From Adineta vaga (lineage: Eukaryota; Animalia; Rotifera): DNA of 64,000 nt. The stretch lies in the NCBI GenBank assembly GCA_021613535.1, contig CP075494.1:13082001-13146000 (forward strand), in the 5' to 3' direction. The translations under genes were made by a program, and so were the position numbers. Below, one piece after another: positions 52,301 through 64,000 of the stretch (the stretch's first letter is position 1; every line of letters begins with the position of its first letter). The notes under the pieces were generated by a model. The model did no database searches. It was not told the DNA's origin and saw only the letters and a list, made by a program, of their open reading frames with translations.

Positions 52301-53051
52301 TTCGTTTAGTTTATGACTAAAAATCCTGCGAAACGTCTTGGTTGTGTAGCAGCACAAGGTGGTGAAGAGGCAATAAAACGTCATGCATTTTTTGCAGGAA
52401 AACTTGATTGGGAAGCATTGGAACGGCGACAAGTTAAACCACCTTTTAAACCTAAAGTGGTATGTAGTTCTATTAATTTCGTGCTGATTTTTTTTTCTCT
52501 CTCTTCGATAGGTTAATCCACGCGATACAAGTAATTTCGATAAAGATTTTACAAATATGCCTGTTAATTTTACACCAATCGAAGCAGTTATTGTAAAAGC
52601 AATTAATCAAGATGAATTCAAAGATTTTTCATATCGAAATCCTGATTGGCGTTGTTTAGAACGTGGAGAAGTTCCGAAAGATGATGCTAATGATGGTCGA
52701 CGTGCATTACGTGATGATTTAACAGTTAATTTAAAACAACCATTACCAATGACACCCATTTTATCTCATCAATCCTCGACAAATGAAACTGTCTCATCAA
52801 CTATAACAGTCGTTAAAACTGATCATACACCAATTCCACATATGGAAACGAAACGAACAGCAACTACATCACCATTTCAAACTCTACATACATCCGCATC
52901 CTCATCAGCTGTAGCTGCAGCATCACAATGGTCAACAACAACACCATCAACAGCACCTGCTGCAACATCCGATTCAATGTCGACTGCTCAACAAAAATCA
53001 CCATCACCAATTCGTACGAATAAAATCATCACCGATCAAACCGATATGTAA
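49389..53051 (+). CDS. PRKCE: Novel protein kinase C, epsilon/eta type
   Basis: MVVFNG C2 domain, pseudosubstrate RRFAVVRR, two C1 domains ([14 protein letters not shown]), [29 protein letters not shown]. Confidence 0.92.
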
Positions 53052-53537
53052 ACTTTCAAAAGGCATAATTTTCATACTTTTTTTCTCTCTCTCTCTATGA
53101 ACACTCTAGTCATTTCATTGTTGTTTTTGTCTCTGTGCGTGCAATTTTTTCTTATTTCTTCAGTTAACTTTATTCAATTACAGTATGAGTCTTTTTTTTC
53201 TTCTTTCTTCTAGTCATTCATCATCATGCTGCTACTGCTGCCTTTTTTCTTTATTTCTTTTTGTGCAATTTTGCTTCGTTTTCGCATAATTTTCACTAGA
53301 ATTGGTAGAACATATAATACAGTCGTTTTGTTTTCTTTCGTGTATATGCCCATAATATGTACACATGTGTACTCTTGATGATTGTCTATATTTATCGTCA
53401 TCGAGACTTTTATATTTTCTAAAATTCTTCTTTTCTTTGGAAAAAAACGAAATATATGAATAAATATATTTATCTTTGAAAAAAACAAAACAAAAACTTT
53501 TATCGTTTGAAAAGAATCGAACTTCATAGATCTTCAA

Positions 53538-56409
53538 ATGAAAAGAAAAATGCAACAAAGTCGATTGGATAACTTTTTTACGATGAAAAAATCTTCTACA
53601 ACAACAACAACAGCAAATAATTCATTGGAAAATGAAGATCATTCAACAACAGCAAAGAAATGTTTATCAACAAATGATAATGAAACTTCGAAGAAATTCA
53701 AACGAACTCAATCTGACACAAGCATTACAACAAATGATGAAAATCCTGAAACAAATTTTTCATTAAATCAATTTTATTTGGATAAATTCTTATTAATTCT
53801 TTCATCCTTACTCAAACATCACAAAGATCTATTTAATGAAAATGAATTAATATTATTTGATAAATTTCAAAATCTCTCCGGTAAATAATTCATTTTTCAT
53901 TTGAATAAAACTAAGCATCATCGTTTATTCAGCTTCTTCACAAATTATTTTCGTTCGTTTATTAATGCGGCGTTGTAAATGGCTTCGACGTTCGACAATC
54001 AATTATGAAATTCCAGATGTATCCAATGATACAGATAATTTAATTCCACTCGTTCAAATTGGTTTAATCCAAGATAGTATGAAGTGTTATTCTTAGTTCG
54101 GAAACTAAAATTAATGAATGATTATTTGTTTATGAATAGTTTCATCATTGGATGATCTAGATGCTGGTCTTCGTTTATTGACAAGTGATGAAATGCGAGA
54201 TTTTTCTAAACGATTTCATTGTCAATCAAAAACGAATAAATCAAAAAAAACTTCGATTGAAAATTTAAAAAGTTTGACTAATCAATATAAATCAATGTTT
54301 GGATCAACAAATCGTGATCATCTATTACTAAAAGAGTATTCTTATTCAATTACGAATTGATATAGAATGACGTGATTCGTTTATTTAGATTGAAACGAAT
54401 TGTAATTAATTGTTATAAAATCTCTGAAGAAATTCGTGGCTTATTCTTTCGAATGATGTTAACTTATCATCCGGTTGCTCTTTTAGCAATGGATGATTTA
54501 GATCAAAATGGTTTTACTCTAATGTAAATATACATATATATATATATATTTGTTAGTTTTCAATTGAAATCATTTTCTTCATGGTGAGAAACTTTCTATT
54601 TAGATATAAAACATTGCAAATCATTCGTGGACAACTTCGACTTCCATGGAATGAAGAACAAATTAGTCATGAACATATACCATTTAAAACATCGAAACAA
54701 CTTCAACTGTAAGAAATCGAAATTCTCATCTAAGAAAATAAATTCTTCTTTCTCAAAATAGTTATCAAGAAGCCATTGATCTTGAAACGGAATATCATCA
54801 ATTAGAAGAATCGAAAAATAGCGAAGATTTAATTCAATTTTATGAAACACATAATGAACAGTGGCGTACGATGATTGATGCATCAACTACAGAGTAATTC
54901 GTATAGGATAATAACGTAAATATTTATTGATTATTTTAGTGAAGAATTGCCCGGTTATTTTCGTCGGTTTTCTCCTATTTATGTTCGTGCTCGGATTTTA
55001 TCATCATTAACTGAAGTTTTACAACGAGCTCGACGATATGAACAATCGATTGAATTAATTCAATATCTTCTAGATCGAACAATGTATAACCGTCATCGAC
55101 GAGGTAAATTATGGAATCGTCTTGCATTAATACAAGAAAATTATATTAAAATCAATGGTCATCAACAATGTTTAAATACAATTCGTGAAGCATTACAAGA
55201 TTCGTGTGTGAAATTAGGTGATCGATTAGCATTATGTGAACGAGCACGAAAATTAATTGCTCGACCGAAATCAAAAGGAACACTAGTAGCAACATGGATA
55301 ACAGATGAAGAAGTAGAAGGAAAATTAATGTGGACTGTACCAATGCCGAAAGAAGTGAGATTTTTCTGCTAAAAAATTCTCTTTTTCTCTTGATATGAAA
55401 AGATTAGATTGAAGTAACTGGTCGTTTATTAGCAAATGATGCTCGAATGGGTAAAGTAACATATACAATTCAAGATCCTGTCGATGGTTCAACTCAATTT
55501 TGTACGGTTGAACAATTAGCTATTCATCATTATCGTACACAAGAAGATTATATTTTCGGTAAAATATCGTTTTTCTTTCTTTTCGTTAATATTTGATATT
55601 GATTTAAAAAAAAAAAGGTATACATTCGGAAGGAGCTGTTATTCGAACATTAGTTGGTCTTTTATTTCTTGATTTGATTTATACATTACCAACACCGGAT
55701 TTATTGATTGACATATTTCAAACTGAACCGTTAGATTTTCAAACGGATGCATTTTATAAATCTCGTCAAACAGAAATTGATCACCGAATTAGTCAATTAG
55801 ATACAGAAGAAGTAAGAAAATAATGTTTAGTATCAACTTTAATCGATAGTGAAATATTTATATTTAGAATATTCAAGAAATTGCTGAGAAAAATTGGGAT
55901 ATGTACAATTTAACAATGAGTACAGTTGTCAATTGGGAATTATTTCAAAATAAATCAACTTTATTAGTAAGAATAATCTTGATCGTCTTCTCGTCGTTTA
56001 TAATCATCTATTATAATAGAGTGCTTTGAAATGTTTAACCTCAGAACAAGTGCAATCGATATCGATTTATACATTTGTACATAATCGAGCTGTATGGAAA
56101 GGATTTCCTGATTTATTCGTATGGAATCCGATTTTGAAAAAATGCAAAGTAATACGAAAAGAAAATTATGTTTGATTTTTGACTTTTTATGTTAGTTTGT
56201 CGAAGTTAAAAGTCATAATGATCGTCTTTCACATCACCAAATCGTTTGGCTTGATAAATTAGTTGAATTTAAGATCGATTGTGAAGTATGTAAAGTTAGT
56301 GGTAAGTTCTTCTTCATATCGAATCTTCTTGTCTAAATTGTATTCTCTTCTAGCAATTGGTGCAAAGAAATTATTGCAAAGAACACCATCTACTATTGAA
56401 TTAGATTAG
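53538..56409 (+). CDS. FAN1: Fanconi-associated nuclease 1 (VRR-NUC)
   Basis: QIIFVRLLMRR, RRGKLWNRLAL, CTVEQLAIHHY, GIHSEG, FQTEPLD, GFPDLFVW...FVEVKSHNDRLSHHQIVWL. Confidence 0.92.
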
Positions 56410-56538
56410 ATTGTTATTACGAAAATACCTTTTTTTTTACAAATATTGTTGTTAAAATAAATAAATACATTTTCATGTTCAGATATTTTTATTGAGAAAA
56501 ACAAAAGACAAGGAGTTTTTATGCTTGTAGAAAAGAAA

Positions 56539-59128
56539 ATGTATGCAAATGATGATGAAGATGAAGAATGGAATAATGGAAGTGATGATGATGAAAGAAA
56601 TCAACCACAAGGTTATGAAGCTTTATTAGATCCAGATGAGGAAGGGTAAGAAACAAACGAAGTTTTATTGAAGATTGACATGTCGTCTTGTATGTTATAG
56701 AAGTTTTGCAGCGGAGGATGATGATGATGAAGCTGAAGGACACGAGAATGAAGAAGAAGATGATGGTTATCAAGAAGAAAATGAACCATCAGAATCGATG
56801 GAAAAAGAAGCACCTGTTGATGATGGACAAATCAAATTATTTGCATGTAATTTGTGTTCAGTATCCTTTAGTAAATTCGAAGGATATCGAGAACATTTCG
56901 TGTCGACTGAACATCGATACAAACGTCGAGATGAGAAAAAACGTTTAGGCGTATGTATTTACGTTTCACTAACTAAAATCATATTTTTATTTTATTTCTA
57001 TTTTTTAGGAAGGTTGTGTTATTGAAACTTCTGCTGTTGAAATATTTGTTAATCTCTTACTTTATAACAAAGTAAAACATAGGAATTTTTCATGAAAGGA
57101 GAATAAAATGATCTTATAAATTGTTCAGATACCATTTGAAAGTATTCAAATTGATATTCAACCAGGTGATTCCAGTATTAGTGGTTCATTGGAATATAAA
57201 CAGAATAAATATGAATATCAACATGCATCATCAATGAATGATTTTTATCAAAATCTTGTCAATAAATTCAATCAAGATTACGAAAAATATCAATTGAAAA
57301 TGCCACCCCAAAGTTTTTTTGTTGCACGTGGTATGTAATAGTACACGAGTAGATGATGTGTTTCAAGCTTCGTTTTTAGATATCTGTCGAAAAGAGGTGG
57401 ATAATGTTTGGACTGTACCACGTTATTGTGATGATACAGGAAAGTCTGATGAACAAATTGTTAAAGTAAGTGAAAGCGAATGATTTAAGATGTAAAATTT
57501 ATTTGTTCTTCGTTTAGGAAGTACTTGATTTTTGTGTTTATACAAATGTTGAACCGGAACGGGAACGTTTGATAGGACAATCCATTCAAACATGGCGTAT
57601 GTTTCATCGTCAAGAAACTAAACCTGGATTTTGGTGTGATATATGTAAACAATGTTTTCGAAAACGAAAAGCTATTATTTGTGTACGTAATATGAGAACT
57701 AACGGAAACTTTGATAAATTATGATTTTTTTTAATATAGCATTTTGAATCAAGTGAAAAACACGACAAAAATCTCAAACATCTTCCACCATACCGGCGAG
57801 CTGTGCAACATGTAAATATGACGGTAGATATATGCTAATGTCGGTATGCTGATCGATGATCTAAAAAAGATCTTCAAATGATTCGAAACATCTCAAATCT
57901 ATCGATACATTGATTCAGAGTTTGAATAACTACATGAGTGAAAGTCTTCTTATATGCATACCGACATTGACATATTGTTATCTAAGAAAATTTCGATTGT
58001 ATATTTATGTATAATTCTATAGAGTTTATTTACTGGACGTTTATTAAATGAATTTGTCGAGTTAGATAAATTGAATTATTATCGAACTCGTGTCAATGCT
58101 TATCGAATTCCACCAGCGAATAAAAATCTTAAAAATGCATATTATTGTACATTTTGCAAGAAATCATTTGAATCAACATATGCACTTGAAAAAGTAATGA
58201 AGAATTTGAAATCATATTAGTAGAATTCATTTCGATTTATTTTAGCATCTTGCTTGGAAAAATCATCGAGATATATTACGAAAACGTCGACAGAATGATT
58301 TAGATAATTTACCACGTCTTGTGGTAAATATTAAAATCCTATGCTATTCTTTCTTATCGATTTCATTTCTAGACTTATCTAAATTTTAATCAATTAGCTC
58401 ATGAACAACGAAATGGTGGAATACAACAAATGGCTAAAACACCAGATGAATATCGATTAAAATATAATCTCGAACCTATTACACTTGAAAGTATGCAAGA
58501 AGATATTAAACGTTTTGATACTTATCTTGCTCAACAAGTTATGCAAAATATTTATAATCAACAAGCAAATAATAACAATCGATTTCATCGTGGTGGTGGT
58601 GGAGGAGGAAGAGGAGGACGTGGCCGTGGTAGACAACCATTTCGTGGTCAAGGATATCGACCACGAGGTAATTTTCATCAACAAAATCCATCACATTTCA
58701 ATTCAGGTAATTAGAAATATACAGATAAAACTATGAGTTTGATTATTTGTTATATTTAGGACAATTTAATCATCCAAATGGTTTTCAACCACGATCATTC
58801 AATAATAACCAACAATTCTATCCACAGAATAATTTTCATTTACCAACAACATTCCGTCCACGTATGTTTTGTTTTGTAATTGAATATCATTGAATTCTAC
58901 TGTTATATAACTTTAGAAAATCAACATTTTATAAATGGAAATAATAAACGTAACTATCCACAAGGTAACAATTATTACAATCCAAGACAAACGTGGCAAA
59001 ATAAAAGAGCTCGATTTGATCGACCATCAACATATCAACAACCATCATCCTCATCATCGTCCAATCGTATTGATTATCGTTATGTAGCTAATCAAAATAC
59101 GTATCAACAACACCAACAATTTCAATAA
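56539..59128 (+). CDS. Acidic N-terminus, three spaced U1/matrin-type C2H2 fingers, RGG and Q/N-rich tail; putative RNA-binding protein
   Basis: FACNLC...HFVSTEH, FWCDIC...HFESSEKH, YYCTFC...HLAWKNH; RGGGGGGRGGRGRGR. Confidence 0.75.
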
Positions 59129-59415
59129 TATTATGTGTTATTTCCTTTTTGAGGAAATTCGTTATTTGTTTTTTTTCTATGTTATACAATCAAATCATTG
59201 TTATAAGTGCCGATTATTGCTAGAAAAATAAACTAGTTCGAAATTATTCTTTTTATTTCACTTGTATACATTGAAATAATAGTATCTTCATCAAGATTTA
59301 GGTTTTTTTTGTTTTGAAAAGAGAGTCGAGTTATTTGACACAAGTGCGATAGAAAGAAAAGGATTAATCCAGAACAAAATACATGAAAGTGATATAATGA
59401 GTAAGTATATTGTTT

Positions 59416-61643
59416 CTATAAACTTCTATCATCATGTTTAGTTGATGATACACTATCAGAAATAGCCAATTCATCTGTTGTCGTGATCGCAGATGTTATT
59501 GTTTTCGTAAGTTGGTTCTTGTGCTCTCTGGATTCATCAAGTACAGCGTTCAGATTTAATTCAAGTTCTTCATTTTTACTTTCAACACTATTTTCCACTA
59601 CCATTTCACCATTTTCTTTAAGACTAGTTTTGACAATAAGATTAGTTTTTGATGAGTCAGTATGCCTATATAAAAAAGGAAATCTCTGTTTTTACTACAA
59701 AACAATAACTTACGCTTCCAATTCATTTCTGTATTCTATCTTTTCTCTCGTTTGTTCATCTTCATCCGCAAATTTTTCTGAATCTTTAATCATACGATCA
59801 ATATCTTCTGGTGATAATCGATTTGTATTCGAGTTGATCACAATATTGTTCTTATTTCCTGTTCCTTTATCTTCAGCAGTAACCTACAATATCAAACATC
59901 AATTTTAGTACTGTTAAACATAGCAATTACCAACGGAAATCATACCTTAAGAATACCATTGACATCGATTTCGAATGTGACTTCGATTTGTGGTACACCT
60001 CGTGGTGCAGGTGGAATACCAGTCAAGTCAAATTTTCCTAAGACATGATTATCTTTTGTCATTGGTCGTTCACCTTCAAGGACTTGAATAGTGACTGTTG
60101 GTTGATTGTCAGCAGCAGTTGAAAAGATTTGACTTTTCTTTGTTGGAATGATAGTGTTTCGTGGAATGATCTTTGTCATAACACCGCCAATAGTTTCAAT
60201 ACCCATAGTTAATGGATTGACATCGAAAGGAAACACATCGCCAGTATCCTGTCCACCTGAAAGAACACCAGCTTGAATAGCAGCACCACGAACTGCGAAC
60301 AACAAAACGTATACAACTATGATCTCAAATTAATCCATTCAACTTACCAACAGCTTCATCAGGGTTGATACCACGTGATGGTTCTTTACCATCGAAAAAT
60401 TCTTTCACTAGTTGTTGTACTTTAGGGATAAGTGTTGAACCACCAACGAGGACCACTTCAGCGATCATTGATTTATTGAAATCATTATCCTTTAAAGTTT
60501 GTTGGATCATTGGCAATGTTGACTGAAACAAATCCATGTTGAGTTCTTCGAATTTGGCTCGTGTTAATGTTTCACTAAAATCTTCATTATCGAAGAATGA
60601 TTCAATTTCGATCTTTGTTTGATGTTGTGATGATAATGTTCGTTTCGCTTTTTCCACTTCACGTCGGAGTTTTTGAACAGCACGAAGATCTTTTCGAACA
60701 TCTTTGCCAGTTTTCTTTTTGAATAATTTAATGAAATGTTCCATCACACGTTGATCGAAATCTTCACCACCCAAATGTGTATCACCATTCGTTGCAACGA
60801 CTTCAAACACACCATTGTCAATGGTCAATAATGACACATCAAATGTACCACCACCCAAATCGAATACAAGAATATTCTTTTCACCTTCTTTCTTATCTAA
60901 TCCATAAGCAATAGCAGCAGCTGTTGGTTCGTTGATGATACGCATAACATTCAAGCCAGAAATAGTACCGGCATCTTTGGTTGCTTGACGTTGAGCATCA
61001 TTGAAGTAAGCAGGAACAGTGACGACTGCATGAGTGACTTTCTTTCCGAGATAGGCTTCCTGAACAACAAAAGATAGCAATAGTAAGAAAAGTGACAGAA
61101 TGAAAAGATATGTTACTTACAGCAATCTCACGCATTTTACCAAGAACCATGGCTGAGATTTCTTCTGGTGTGAAAAGTTTTTGTTCCTTGCCTGTGCTGA
61201 TTTGAATGATTGGTTTGGAGTTTTTCTCGATGACTTTGAATGGAAAATGTTTGATGTCTTGTTGAACAGTAGCTTCATTGTATTCACGACCGATCAATCG
61301 TTTGGCATCAAAAACAGTATTTTCTGGATTGGATGTGAGCTGATTTTTGGCAGCATCACCAATCAATCGTTCACCTTCGGCTGTGAATGCAACGTATGAA
61401 GGAGTGATACGATTACCTTGATCATCAGTAATGATTTTCACTTCTCCATTTTCAAAGATAGCAGCACGTGAGTTTTTTGTACCAAGATCAATACCAATGA
61501 TAACAGCAGAATCTAAGTAAGAAATATGAAATGACCTATTGTTCAATTCGAACAGAGTATAGACCTTCTATTTTAGTTGAATGAATCGAAAGAATCGTAA
61601 AAGAAAGGATAAGAACAACACGAGAAACAGTTTTTGTTTTCAT
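59416..61643 (-). CDS. Divergent BiP/GRP78 (ER Hsp70) paralog, apparently complete ORF
   Basis: Signal peptide exon [15 protein letters not shown]; [30 protein letters not shown]; SBD near-identical to the neighbouring BiP; diverged lid ending HDDRSL. Confidence 0.88.
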
Positions 61644-61715
61644 GTGAATGATCCGTTTGATAGAAAAAGTAATACCCATGTTGGTAGTTGCAGAAATATT
61701 TATATATCAAGTTCA

Positions 61716-61797
61716 ATTGGACAACGAAAGATGAGGCAATGAAGCAAACAGAGTTTAAAATATGATGATGGTTGTGCACGTTTACGTGTTTCATTGG
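61716..61797 (-). promoter_or_regulatory. Degenerate ER-stress elements upstream of the BiP paralog
   Basis: ATTGG-A-CAACG (1 mismatch to ERSE-II ATTGG-N-CCACG) and, on the minus strand, CCAAT-N9-AAACG (2 mismatches to ERSE). Confidence 0.3.
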
Positions 61798-62902
61798 TTC
61801 CCAGTCCTCTAGTTATGATGAAACTGCTCGTATGAAAGGATAGAAAAAATATATAGGTAAAAACATACTATACTTCTAGATATACAACTAAATGACTTAG
61901 TTACACATTTGTGTTGAAAATAAATCGAGAATCAATATTAAGAGAGAGATATGTACATGTTGTTGATACTTTTATTCAAACGAAAAGGTTATGAACAATA
62001 TCTCATTAAATCACATATTATATTATTTACAAGTAACGTTCATCGAAAGTCGATTTACTTGGCCCTGGACTTTCACGATCGACATGTAAATATAGCTGTA
62101 TTTAGATATAAATCAGATACTTAGTATAGTCATTTCTGTATGGACGTATTCGCACTTCCTGTGTAAAAAATACTTTTCAGTGCAAGCGTTTAGGGTCCCA
62201 TCTGTGGAACTCACATAGTCCATTTACGATGACAACCTGTAAATAATAAGATTCTATCTCTAATGAAGCCCTTATCTTTAAGGTTGAATATGCAGGCAGA
62301 AAGTCTAAAAATCTCTTGACTTGAAACTTACACTTTATTTTCTTCAAAAATATATATATTAGTTCCACAACAGAAGCGATCATTTTCTACCAAAATACAA
62401 TTAACGGTCGTTACCGACAAATCTGATCCATTAAATTGAATTTCCGTTGTTTGGCCCTACCTTTCTAGTCTAGTTAATATGAGCTACTATGTAAAACTTT
62501 AATTTACAATTATGTTCTTTATTGGATTCCATCAAAATTGATTTCTACAATACACATCTATTATATATCTCATTAGATTCTTTCTTTGCAATCGCTTGCA
62601 TCTTTCATTCGCTGAACCATCATTTTGAATCATTTTTTTTCATTTGTCCGTGTGTTTAGATATATTTAAACAAAAAAAAATCGCACGTTTCGCATACTAA
62701 TAACAATAAAAATAAAAGAAACTAGACGGAGAGCTAAACAAGAAGAACAAATAGGTAAACAAAAAGCGCGTTGATGCTCAATTATTTTTGAATGACACAA
62801 TGAGAGAACGAAAGAAAAACGATTGGAATGGACATAACAAGCATAAATAAATATAGACAAATCTGACCACCTCCTATCTTTCCATTAACCTAATATTGTC
62901 TT

Positions 62903-64000
<1,098 letters not shown>

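Noticed and set aside
59483-59908. Plus-strand ORFs opposite the BiP paralog (also 61181-61399)
   Set aside because: Antisense shadows of Hsp70 coding sequence.

Overview
AT-rich, gene-dense animal DNA with many short (mostly 35-65 nt) GT-AG introns; most likely a bdelloid rotifer (inference from composition, intron size, an intronless orphan GPCR and a coiled-coil/NHL remnant). All gene models were spliced by eye, so boundaries are approximate. Conserved genes: FUT10/11-like fucosyltransferase, cysteinyl-tRNA synthetase, DENND11, FHOD formin, D-lactate dehydrogenase (plus a pseudogene fragment), PDCL3, novel PKC, FAN1, a zinc-finger/RGG protein and two tandem BiP genes. The main candidate system is a ~23 kb same-strand array (19.6-42.3 kb) of eight highly divergent Rel-homology-domain (NF-kB/NFAT family) genes. 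Their architecture steps down along the array: RHD+IPT+ankyrin (A, B, C), RHD+IPT (D), RHD N-domain only (E-H). Their DNA-recognition loops are diversified, five carry a lone CxxC half-site, B and C share a near-identical ankyrin tract, and a Ly6-like gene and a MITE are embedded. A second candidate: an EF-hand ORF and a catalytically dead SDR are in one frame across a single UGA-CUA stop once a 40-nt intron is removed, suggesting a stop-codon readthrough fusion.
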